DNA of 64,000 nt from Girardia tigrina (Eukaryota), in contig MQRK01213769.1 in assembly GCA_001938485.1 (NCBI GenBank), positions 19,888 to 83,887 on the forward strand, given 5' to 3'. The notes beneath the pieces are model-generated. The model searched no databases and had not been told where the DNA came from. It saw nothing but the letters and a program-made list of their open reading frames with translations. Each line of letters begins with the position of its first letter. The first letter of the stretch is position 1. Shown here one piece after another: positions 25,577-36,900 of the stretch. A program made the position numbers and the translations under genes.

Positions 25577-26183
25577 CCAAATGATAATTATAATAATAAG
25601 AAGAGGGAGAAGAATATGAAATGATAATTATGAAAGAGTCTCAATTTAACGATTAATTTGGTCAAACAAAATTGGACAATATATTCTAATAAAACTTAAA
25701 AATTTGTTTTGTTAAAAAAAACTTACAATTTCAAAGTTTATTTTCTCTATTTACATTTAATAAAAGAACAACAAACAGCAATTGTGTATTTTTCAAATAA
25801 TTATTGTAATTATTTATTCCAATTTGTAATTAAAATGATCTTTTATGAAATAATAATTAATGAAAAAATTCAGTCTCAATGAAAAAGAAAATAATTACAC
25901 TTTTATATTCAGCTGGAATCAAACAATCAACAAAAAATATTTTTAAAAAATAATAAATAAATCAAGAAAAATAAGATATTTTTTACCAAAGCTGGCGGCA
26001 TTATTTGATAATTATAGAAAAAAATATTGATTTAATTATTTTCTGATGATTATTTGTTTCAGTGCTCTAATGAATATAAAATCGAGTGCATTTGAATCGT
26101 TTATATGATCGAATTATTAGATCATTGAACCATGTATTCGATCGATAAAATATCATTTAATTGATTATTTTTCGTTATTTCAG

Positions 26184-26360
26184 GATTCTTTATGGATTCA
26201 TTTGGCTTTTGATTTTTGGAATTATGTCATACAGAATTGCTGATTGGGGAAACCAATATTTTTGGACGAGCAATGATGCAACATACCCCAATAGGGAAAA
26301 TAGTCTGTCCAGAACAATGATTAGACCCTTTCTTCTATTGTGCAATGTCAACCCGATCAG
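26184..26360 (+). CDS. Internal exon of a DEG/ENaC (amiloride-sensitive Na+ channel family) gene: TM1 and post-M1 region
   Basis: tttcag| ... |gtagtt splice sites, 177 nt, phase 2-2, no stops: ILYGFIWLLIFGIMSYRIADWGNQYF...RPFLLLCNVNPI(R); hydrophobic helix + YF + P....CN.NP.R is the DEG/ENaC post-M1 signature. Confidence 0.8.
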
Positions 26361-26639
26361 GTAGTTTATTTTTCTGAAAATAAATATTAAGAAATCTAAA
26401 ATGGTTTTTTGTTGTATTATTTATTGTTTTACTTATTTTAAAGCAATACAGGGTTTTTCATAAATATAACGACAGTTTTCATAAATAATTGGACATTTTT
26501 GAAAATTAAACGGACAAATTTTTATAAAAAAAATAATAATTAAAAATTTATGTATATAAAAATATATAAAGAAAACTGACTAACAAATAAATTTACATAT
26601 ATTATAAATAAATTTTCATCAAATATTTTAATCATAAAA

Positions 26640-27260
26640 TTAACTTTGCTGCCTGTTGTTTATCAAATTCCCGGTTTCCCAAAAATGCCGATAATATTGA
26701 CTACATATTGTAAAATCGTGTAAGTTGGAAATTGCAGTCGACATATTTGAAATGAGAATATATCGTGAATTTGTTCTTGGTCTTATTCGATCTAAACTTA
26801 ATGTAAAAGTCGAAAAAAACATTTAGATCGTGACTATATACATGTAAAAGCAGAATTTCGATATTTTTCTGAATACGAAAGTCTGCAATCTCGGCACATT
26901 GATGAAACCTAATATTATCCAGAACCAGTACTGGTTTTTCAACAAAGACTTCGCGCTCATAACACTCGTTTAAAAAGTAAGAAATATTTCCTTGTTATAT
27001 GAAGCATCACCGAGTGTGAAATTCTCGATTCGATTTGTCGATATAATTGAAATCTCATCCGTAACAATTGATCTTTTCTTGAGTTATTTACGAGTAAGAT
27101 TGGTTGTTTTCATTACCTGATACATTTGGGAAACTGAATTTGGTGATTTTAGAAGATCTCTACATCTCTGTAAAGTTAAAGAATTATCGTTTCCCATAAT
27201 GCATAGAACCTCTATATGTAGCTGGTTTTTGTTTATGATTTTTTATATAAATTATCATAT
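26640..27260 (-). mobile_element. IS630/Tc1-type DDE transposase remnant
   Basis: DNSLTL HTH region; PVLVLDNIRFHQ...IEILLLHVYSHDLN (degenerate LPPYSPDLN). Confidence 0.75.
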
Positions 27261-27449
27261 TTTTTTATCTTCTTTGTCACATTCCGTAATCTATTTTATT
27301 GTGGTATATATGGAACTATGATCAAGTAATGTGACCTTACATATATTGTCCTCAGACATCGTCACATATGATCTTTTTATAATATTAAATATTTCTTCGT
27401 TCATTACTATTCTCTGTTTCGTTGATTGGGAGTAAATGTCTAAATTACC

Positions 27450-28110
27450 ATAAGGAATTTGTGTTTTTCTTATATTGTTGTTCCCGAATTTCAGTCGGAA
27501 CTAGGTGTAGTTGAATAAATATCTTACAACTAGTAATTAGTCTGTTCTAAACTTAGCCTTAAGTATGCACTTGTATAGAACGCTAATAAATATAGGTGGA
27601 TGGAAGAAACTCTTGCAACTATCAAAGATAAAGTACCTTACCTTAAAGGGGTTAACGATGTAGATAGGAAAAAGGTGAATTTTCGTCTTTGTTATCATTA
27701 TTAATCTTAACATGAGAGATAAATATCATTACTGTATTTTAAGGGAGTTGCGGCTAAGAAAACTCTTGCAAAGTTTGCGAAAAATTATTATTATCCAGCT
27801 TTTGGTTGATCGAAAAAGGATCATACAACCGATATTATTTATGAAACTTGATGTAATAAAACAATTCATCTAAGCATCAGTTAAAGACGGTAGTTACATA
27901 TTAGTTAAATAGCTTCATTTTCAAGAAATTTCCATTCCTTTGCATGAAGAAACTGAAATCAAGTTTATTCTTGAAAGATCAGTTATTTTCAGAATCCATA
28001 GACATTATTAAAGAAGATAACTGATGCTTGTATAGTCTTGTCAAGAATTTCCATGGAAACCTGTGAGATTGTTAGATACATTAACTATCAGGTACTTTTG
28101 AATTTTCGTA
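27450..28110 (+). mobile_element. DNA transposon transposase remnant, tentatively Chapaev3-like
   Basis: SKLSLKYALV*NANKY; VDRKRIIQPILFMKLDVIKQFI; KDQLFSES...LVKNFHGN match the recalled SLKAVLLHNGNKY / LPPLHIKLGLMKQF / NFLGN family motifs. Confidence 0.6.
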
Positions 28111-28219
28111 AAAACCAATATTTCTTATAAAATTATTATACTTAGTGGATAATAATATTAAAATAACTGTATTTGATTCAGAATTACATGGATGATCATT
28201 AATTGTTGAAAAATAATAA

Positions 28220-28318
28220 TACCTTTCGGGTTATTGGAGTTTTTAAAAATGCCGTTCGCATTGAAAAACGGACAGACACATTCCAACGCATGATAAATCA
28301 TACTTTCAAAAATACAGC
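28220..28318 (+). mobile_element. Short gypsy RT fragment (same family as 31.7 kb)
   Basis: FGLLEFLKMPFALKN...QRMINHTFKNTA; near-identical DNA to 31722-31817. Confidence 0.85.
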
Positions 28319-29470
28319 TTGTTGCTATTAATATGTCGTCCAGATAAACTGATGCTCCCTTCTTTATCAGTTTTAATACTTTGTTCATTAGTTCCTGAAA
28401 TGTTCCTGGGGCTGCTGCTATCCCAAAATGTATCCGTTTAAAACAGAATTGTCCTGATTTAGTAGAAAACGCCGTTTTTCCCTGTGATTCCTTGTCCAAT
28501 TCTACCTGGTAGTACGCGTTTCCTAAGTCTATTGTGCTGAAACATCTGGTTCCATATAACCTATCCATCATTTCCGCTATATTTGGCATGAGGATTCTCT
28601 TTCATTAAACGTGTCCTTTTTTATAAATTTTACCACTTTGTGACTTGTTTCTGGTTTCTTATAGAAGTTCGGCTCACTCATGAATTCTGACTTATTTTTA
28701 TCAATTTTATAATTCATATTATTTATATTTAATTTATTATTTATTTTATTCATATTATTAAAATTATTACTACTATATATATATAATTTATATGATCTAG
28801 TCTGTGTTTAAGAAAACTTACTCCAATGCCAAGATCGGTTCCTCGTCGTCTTGGCACGATTCGTTTTTTTCCTATATGTTCTCGCTATTCTCGATATTCT
28901 TCCTTCTCCATCATCGCGATCTGTCTTCCTCTTTCGAATCCTCTTCTGTAGTTGTCTGAGTTCCGATCTCCTGGGCTTTTTGTTTGTGCATCTGAGAATT
29001 GTCGGCTATCTCTTTGGGTTCTCCTTTGAAAATCCGTTCTTCCTTGATATCGTTTATTCAGATTCGTGTAACATTCCTCAGCTCTATGTCCTGGATTGTT
29101 ACATCTTCCACATTTTTGCATTCGCGTCGCACATGACCTTCTTCTCCACATGCATGGCATGTGATTTTCCTCTGACATTTACATTCAAAACTTGTATGTC
29201 CTACTTCCTTACAGTTCCAAAATGTGATGTTGTTCTGCATAGAAGATCGTCTTCCGGAGGTATCTCCTTTCCTCGTCATGTTTCTTGTTGTCATATCCAT
29301 CGGTGTGCCTGTTTTAACCACATCTCTATATGTTGGTCGTATTGCGTGCACCGGCTTTTCCATTCTCCGGACTTCGTCTACATTTCTAATGACGTCATTC
29401 ACCTCTGTTAATTCATTCACTTTTCTAAATCTGATTTCTTTCTTTATGTCACTATCTTTTGACGCGTGAG
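28319..29470 (-). mobile_element. Ty3/gypsy gag (CCHC knuckles) + RT fragment
   Basis: WNCKEVGHTSFEC, CHACGEEGHVRREC, CGRCNNPGHRAEEC; FSTIDLGNAYYQV, FGIAAAPGTFQ, YLDDILI. Confidence 0.92.
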
Positions 29471-29569
29471 TTTAAGGCATTTCTTATCAAATAATTTTAT
29501 ATATATATATTAATTTAATCAAAAAATATCAATATAATTAGCATCTGCGAAGTTAATCCTTTTATAATA

Positions 29570-29681
29570 TCGTTAAGGTACTTCGTCTTAGACAGTGGCA
29601 AGACATTCTTCCATCCACCTATATTTATTAGTGTTATGTAGAAGCACATACTTAAGGCTAAGTTTAAAACAGACTAATTAG
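29570..29681 (-). mobile_element. Second fragment of the Chapaev3-like family
   Basis: Inverted homolog of 27535-27640; encodes LSLKYVLLHNTNKYRWMEE. Confidence 0.6.
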
Positions 29682-29699
29682 AATTTTGCCAACGTCAAT

Positions 29700-30210
29700 C
29701 AATGCCATTTATTCCGTCACCAAAAACATTTAATTGTCTGGATTCGAAAAATTTAACAAATGCTTTGGTTGCTTGATCCTGATTGGCGAAGATCCTACCG
29801 TAAATGAAGTTCTCAAGATCAAATTCTCAATTAATAAAGGGTCTGGAGAGTATGGTGTATGAGAAAGAACTTTGAATTTTAAATCTTTCAAATTTCTGTA
29901 CTGTATTCCGTGTCATGCCGACTTCCGTTGATATATTTTTTTTTAATTTAACATCGATTTCTAGACAGTAGGACTCAGCTGTAATATTAGGACCAGCTTC
30001 CGAAAATTTTTAGTGGATGACATTTGTTGCTGACTTACATACTGTTACCATACCCGTTTTTTGTGAGATTTGACTTCTAGGGCTCATTCTTGCCCAACCA
30101 CTGACTAAAACGCATCTATATTGCACTAAATCCATTCTTCATCACGCGTAACAATGTGACCAAAAACGGTTCATTCTTTTTGAGCAAAATTAGAGAAGAA
30201 GAAACATATT
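29700..30210 (-). mobile_element. Degenerate mariner transposase
   Basis: NEPFL..IVTRDEEWI, SQWLGKNEP, HTPYSPD motifs on the minus strand. Confidence 0.75.
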
Positions 30211-30715
30211 TCTCAAATTATTTATTCTTTTCAATTTCATTAAATGTATCGAACAAAATTTTTGAAACTAAATTTATACTTATACTATGCTTACTTTGAG
30301 TATAAAATGTTATTTTTATTTTTATATATTAACCAACTTTAATGTATATTTTTTTAAATTAATAAATCAGATATATACCAAAAATTTGACAAATTCTAAA
30401 ATCAGTGGATACTTATAATTTAGCCAAAAAGAGTGTCATAAGTAAACATGTTGTAAACATAAAATCAAATCAATCTTAGGGGAAGAGTAAATCAACATGA
30501 CAATATAGGTTAATAACGATATGAAAAATATGATACATAAGACGCATAAATACTAGTTTATTTATTTTATATTTTAAAATTATGAAAAAAATATTTAATT
30601 ATATAAATAATATCAGAAGTAACTGTTAAACATTAAGTTAAAATAGCACCTTGTACCGTGGACGTAGTTTGGATTTTTATGACAGGAAATTTTTAGCCTG
30701 ATTTAAAATTTATAG

Positions 30716-30834
30716 GTACACAATACCGGAGAAAGGGACAACATCTTGGACGTGTTGGTTACCGTCAGTCATTTTCGCTACAGGCTGGTATTGCTATCAT
30801 AATGGAATGGCTTAAAAATAAAATTGACAACTGA
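30716..30834 (+). other. Candidate terminal exon resembling DEG/ENaC TM2 (very divergent)
   Basis: tttatag| then QHLGRVGYRQSFSLQAGIAIIMEWL, gapless register with LSDIGGQLGLWLGASVLTIVEFL but lacking GG and GAS. Confidence 0.25.
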
Positions 30835-31559
30835 AATTATATTTTCCTTTATATAATAATAAAATAAAAGTATTTTATTTATTTATTTGCCTAGTTTCTT
30901 ATAAGTTATTATAATTATTTATAAAATTTTTATATATAACTATATATATATATATATATTACTTAAAATAATTGGAAATATTATGATTGTAAATAAAAAA
31001 TAATTTTATTTTTTTTGGTAAAATAGAAATTGATCACATTCTGTTCATAGAGTGAATTACAATAATGAAGCCGGAAGATCAGTTTATTATGAATTAATTT
31101 TGTCAATTTTGATTTCCAAAAAAATAATCGAAAAGAAAAGTTTAATTTAAATATTTAAAAAAATTAAATTAAAACAATTAATGAAAAAAAATTATTTGAA
31201 ATAATAAAAAGTTAATTTTGTTTTTTTAGAATCCAAAGAGATTAAAACCGTCGATTTAATTATTAATTCAAAAGTTTATTTGTTTTTAAATTAATTTATT
31301 AATTTAAAATATTCTGAAAAAAAGCGACAATGAACAATGGTTTTGTTTTGGTTTTTCATTTACCTTTATATATTTAATATTGGTTTAAAAAAGAGTTAAA
31401 TACTAAAAGTAATAACTTATATAATACTTAATTCAAAATTCAAAAATTTAATTTTATAATTAATTAGTAAACCACATGATCTTTAAACCATATTAAATAA
31501 AATAACATTAATAAAAATTATTTTTTATTTAGAGATAAATAATTTTTTTCGTTGATCTA

Positions 31560-33430
31560 TTTCTTTTCTTCATTTAATATCTTTCTACCAGCAACGTTTA
31601 TTCAATACCGTTAATCAAAAACGCAATCACTAGATTAACTTCCGCAAATACCGAGAGCAAATTAGACCTAGAGAAAGCGTATTATCCAATAAACATTCAC
31701 AAAGAACACATCAAGAAAACTTTTTGGGTTATTTGAGTTTTTAAAAATGCCGTTCGGATTGAAAAACTGACAGACACATTTCAACGCATGATAGATCATA
31801 CTTTCAAAAATACAGCGAACGTTGTCGTGTATCTCGACGACATTTTGCTAAGACGTAAATACAAAACAGAAAATACAGAGGATATAAAAGAAGTCTTAAA
31901 CAAATTTCCAGAAAATGGCCTAAAACGTAACCTATGAAAAAACAAATTCGAAAATAAAGTGATTAACTTTCTTGGATACACCTTGTCGGCAGGACGATTA
32001 GAATCAATCACAGACAAAATGGAGGAAATCAAAAAGATCTAAAGTATTGACACGGTCAGAGACTTTATACGGTTTGTCAGTATGGCTAACTTTTATCATC
32101 GATCCATGCCGCTATGTTCAGAAATTTTGGCTTCAATTAACGAAATTGATTAAAAACAAGAGTAAAAACGCAGATGTCAACTGGGACTACAAAACGAAAA
32201 TAACCTTCCTGGAAATTAAAAAAAACAAAATTGACATGATGTTCAGGATTCAAATAATTAATTTATTATAATTTAAAAATTAAAAAAAAATAATTATTTT
32301 TTATTTACAATCAAAAAGAGAAAATTATAATTTCTATCATTCTTTCAATTGAACATTTGTTATCATCAATTCAAAAATTGTTATTGTAAAACACTGATTT
32401 GTTTTAATGTTTCGATTACATCAAAAAATGTTTGTGTGATTCGCGAATTTTCGAATTGATTCATGAATATTGCCAAAGATTTTTGCGATAGTATTATTTC
32501 TTGGGAAATTCAAATAAATTATCTTTATCTTGAATAATTAATATTGAAACAATATTTCTCAATAATTTCCATTCTTTATATAGATTTAGTACACAAACAT
32601 CAATCATTTTCTATATATAATGGAATTAAAGTGATTCGAAAAATTTTCAGAATTTCAAATTAATCATTTTCTCACCGATATTCAGATAATTTTAATTAAT
32701 GGTTCAATAAAGAAATCGATTGATTCGGCAATCAATACCGATCTAAAATCAGTTGAATCCGATCAGTCGACTCAAACTCAATTGATCAATAATAATAGTA
32801 ATAGTTGCGATGATAAAAGGATCGCATTAAAGTTGACCGATAAAAATCGATCGGTGAGAAATTAGAAGAGTGTGTAAACAAACTGAATATAATATGGGCC
32901 TAGCAAAATCTAAACAAACCACTTTGCAACCCTGTTGCCTCCGTCCGATTCTCTGTGCGATCTTAGGGTTAGGAGGACCACATGATTATATATGATACAA
33001 GAAACTTCTTAATTATGTCTAACTACGGACATATCTTCTATACTCATTTACACAATGCTGGAACAAACAATAGAGAATCAAATCGATCTAGTAGAATACC
33101 ACTCCTGTAAAAGAAATTGCCAGAACTAAAATATTGAAAATATGATAGAGAATATTTGTCAATATTTGATAGTTTGAAATCGTTTTTTACATATTAAAAA
33201 CAAGAAATTTCGAAATCTGAGCCGACCACAAGTCAGTATTACACTTTTTAGAAATGAAAGCCCCAGTTTGCCACAACTCAGTCAAGCGAACATCATTTCA
33301 CAGTTTAACGAAAACATCAAATGCATAGCTAGTAAATCATACACCGTGACAGATTTTCTATCAAGGACCAAAGTTAGCGAAATAGAATTCATACCTTTAA
33401 TATCATCAGAAGATCTGAAATGTAAACAAA
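31560..33430 (+). mobile_element. Ty3/gypsy pol remnant (RT 31560-32240; RNase H 33050-33430) split by an unrelated insert
   Basis: FGLFEFLKMPFGLKN, VVYLDDILL, FLGYTLS, MANFYHR; KYDREYL, ADHKS, ISQFNENIKCIASKSYTVTDFLSR. Confidence 0.88.
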
Positions 33431-33525
33431 ATGGCGTCTCAATTAGTGTCACAGTTTCTTTGGATTTTTTCTTCTGGACCACGGCAACTTCTTTATTTAA
33501 AGCAGAAGTATTTAAAAACATTAAA

Positions 33526-33581
<56 letters not shown>

Positions 33582-33631
33582 NNNNNNNNNNNNNNNNNNN
33601 NNNNNNNNNNNNNNNNNNNNNNNNNNNNNNN

Positions 33632-33665
<34 letters not shown>

Positions 33666-34821
33666 ATTTATTTTAAAAGAATCAGTCTTGGATTTTTTAA
33701 ATTTATTAACAATATTTTTATAATATAACTTTAGAACACATACTATTTTTAATTTATAATATAGTACTATATTTATTTAATTACATGTAACGGAAAGATT
33801 CCTGAAAGAGTAATGTTTGAGATAAAATAGAAGAGTAAATAGTCTTATAATTTTATACTCTAACGGAAGTTTTAACGTAAAGTCTCAATCAAGTTAAGTA
33901 ACGAAATTAGTTGTTGTTCATGGAAAAAGGAAAAGATGTTTTCTGAGTTGTCAGAAAACTACTTTTTGTCTCGGAGGATTTTAACATGGAAAATTTTAAT
34001 AACTTTAAATATCAATTTCTTTTCAGATTTTTGTTACAATTATTTTGTAAGAACGATGATAAATCCCGGTAATCAAAGTAATTCTGTTTATTATATGTTC
34101 CCATTTTTAAAATTAATTAATTTAATGTTGTATAGTTTATATATATATATATATATATATCTTTTTATGAAAGATATTCTTAAAATGACAAAATAAACTT
34201 TTAATTTAATAATTAATTAAAAATTAAATTTTTGAATAAAGTTTCGTTTTAATTATTATAATTATGATTATACTCATTATATTTATTATCAAGCAAATAA
34301 GCGTCAATTGAAAAACTTTACTTAATAAAAACTTCAAGTTCTGACTCTTATGTCGATTTCATGGAATTGTCTCCATAACTTCCTTATTAATAAACCGGCG
34401 GTAACTTTAGTTTTTCAAAAAAATATTTACTATAAATAATATCTGTTTGATGATAGCTTTTAAAGTAAAACTGAAATTTTAAAATGTTTTAAAAAGTTTT
34501 ATTTTTTATTAGAAGTTAATTAATTATTGTTATAGATTCAAGATTTCTATATTTGGCAGAATAGAGTAAGAAATTTTATAGATAACTTTCTCAGCGTTAA
34601 AATCCACTACTATAGATTTATATGTGATTTTGACAATAAATATATATAGTTTATATATTTTGATAGATTAAGCGAAATTTTAATAGGTCTAAAGAAATAT
34701 TATATAATCTCATATAAAAGCTTGAATAAGTATTAAAACTTTTTTCAGGACATTGTAAAAGTATTTTCTAAATCTTTATAACCTTTACAAGGTTGTAATA
34801 GCTTTAATATACAGGGTGATC

Positions 34822-34935
34822 ATTATTAAGAACACCAATTTGATTTTTATATTTTTATTTAAACAACAATTTTGATTGTCCTCAAGACAATCTTTGTCAA
34901 AACTTTCGTACATTTGCATTCAAAGCGAAATTGAT
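34822..34935. repeat. Dispersed repeat with GATTGTC-n5-GACAATC hairpin (other copies 47878-47995, 62128-62222)
   Basis: Shared gaa.accaat, ctttcgta.at(t)gcat blocks; hairpin kept in two copies with different loops. Confidence 0.75.
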
Positions 34936-35175
34936 TAATGGTTTNNNNNNNNNNNNNNNNNNNNNNNNNNNNNNNNNNNNNNNNNNNNNNNNNNNNNNNN
35001 NNNNNNNNNNNNNNGGATAATAATTAAAATGATAATTAATTATTTAAAAAATATTAATTTGATTTATTTATTAAATATTATAAAAATTAATTAACTTATT
35101 TAAAATTTTAAAATTATATGAAATTAAAAATAATTTAAACATTACACATTTTTAGATAATAAGAATTAAAATATT

Positions 35176-35259
35176 AATCATCCATCTGGGTAGGAGAGAC
35201 ATTTCCAAATCAATATACACATTCAAACACAAAACATCAAACATTCAAATATTCCTCAC
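35176..35259 (-). repeat. Bipartite conserved motif copy 2
   Basis: Minus strand GTGAGGAATATTT...TCTCTCCTACCCAG|ATGGATGATTAA. Confidence 0.75.
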
Positions 35260-35269
35260 AATCATAAAG

Positions 35270-35860
35270 TAATTGCCGGGTTTTAAACTGCAATAACTTT
35301 TGAATTATATTGTATTTCTTTTTAATTATAAAGCATCTTCAAGCTTATTCTTTAAAATTTAATTAAAAGTACATTTTTTTTAAATGTATTAATTGTTTTT
35401 ATTGTTTTAAGCGTAAGATTTAAAATGAATGTAAATCACTGTGTAAAAATTATTATTTTATTTGCGAAGCATGAGTCAGTGACTTTAGTGAGAAGAGAAC
35501 TTCAACGACTTAAATGGAAAAATATTCCAACCGAAAAAAGTATTAGAAGCGTCTTCAAAAATTATTACGAAACGACTTAAACATGTTACCCTACATAATT
35601 CAAGCCACGCAACTTTTGTATGAAGAATATTGCACTCTTAGACGTGTTATATGTAAAACGTTAATTCAATCGATAGATGCAGATGAAAATTTTCTTAGTA
35701 ACTTGATATTCTCTGATGAGTCAACTATCTATCTTAACGGTATTGTAAACAGACATAACTGTCGCATTTGGGGCACTGAAACACCAACCGAAACATATCA
35801 GGGGTCACAGGTTAGTGAAAAAGTTAATGTTTGGATGTGTTTCTAGAAAACCATCAGCTA
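35270..35860 (+). mobile_element. Tc1/mariner-superfamily remnant with DUF4817-type HTH (DD41D/rosa-like), internally deleted
   Basis: FAKHESVTLVRRELQ..IPTEKSIR; IFSDESTIYLNGIVNRHNCRIWGTETP. Confidence 0.85.
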
Positions 35861-36229
35861 TACTTAGTATACTAGATATAGTGAAATGATACAAAGGGTT
35901 CTAGACCACAGGCTTTTGATATGAAGTATAATAACCAAATTAATAATTAATGTTAAGTTATTAAATAATACGCATGCAATTACTAATAAATAATTCAATA
36001 TTTTCAATTTTTCATGTTAATTTTTCAATTTTTATCGTTAACATCCATAATTAATTATTTGAAATAATTATTTTACCTAGCGGTTATAATGTTATAACAG
36101 TATACGCCAACAATGCATTCCCTACAATTTCTCCTATGACTTTATTTAATGACAGATTCTTCAAAACATCAGACCCAAAAGCGAGCTTCCACAAATGTTT
36201 AGTTAGTCGGACAGTTAATTCCAATTTTG

Positions 36230-36900
36230 AGTGTCGCTGATGGTGGATTTCGTCAGCTGCCAACGAATGGTGAAGTGTTGCGTCGGCTGAACTTCGACTT
36301 GAAAACGAAAAAGCTAACTATGCCTATCAGTTTCTCCAACGTCATCAATGAAGTAATGTAGATCTGGTTTACAGCCAACATTCCAACAATCAAAAATGTT
36401 TATGCCGTTGAAAAACTCAAAAGGTTGTATGAAGGTCATGTAAAGGTTGGAAAGAACAAAGCCAGGAAGACTGAACGACAGACTGAAGAGGAAACCGAGT
36501 TTACCATCTTACAGACCAAATTATTCGATATCTCTCATGCAGATTCAGAGCAAATGATTCGCATTAGAGAAGATTGGCTGTTTCTGAAGGATCAAAGAGG
36601 AGACAGAAAGATGGTCATGGCTGATGAAAACAAGGACTGCAAACAAAGACAGAAGAAAAAACAGAAAAGAAAGTATGCCGAAAAACAGAAGGAGGAAAGA
36701 ATGCAAGAAAACGATGGTAATGCAAATATGGTTGCAGCTTAAGCAGTATCATCCATTGATTTTAGTTGTGATTGATTTTAGTTAGCGATAATGATGATGA
36801 TTATGATCTATGGATTAGTAGACATCACCTAAAAAGTGTCTCAAAACCCCTGCCGCCAGATGAATGCGCTGAAAAAACATTTCGCACAATACAGAAAATA
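36230..36900 (+). mobile_element. DNA transposon transposase N-terminal remnant, tentatively Sola2-like
   Basis: QLPTNGEVL...IWFTANIPT...KLKRLY...LFDISHADS..IRIREDWLFLKDQR; family name recalled, not searched. Confidence 0.55.

Noticed and set aside
34810-34860. Tc1 TIR start TACAGGGTG for the 35.3-35.9 kb element
   Set aside because: Most of the following sequence belongs to the hairpin repeat family and an N-gap intervenes; no partner TIR was found.
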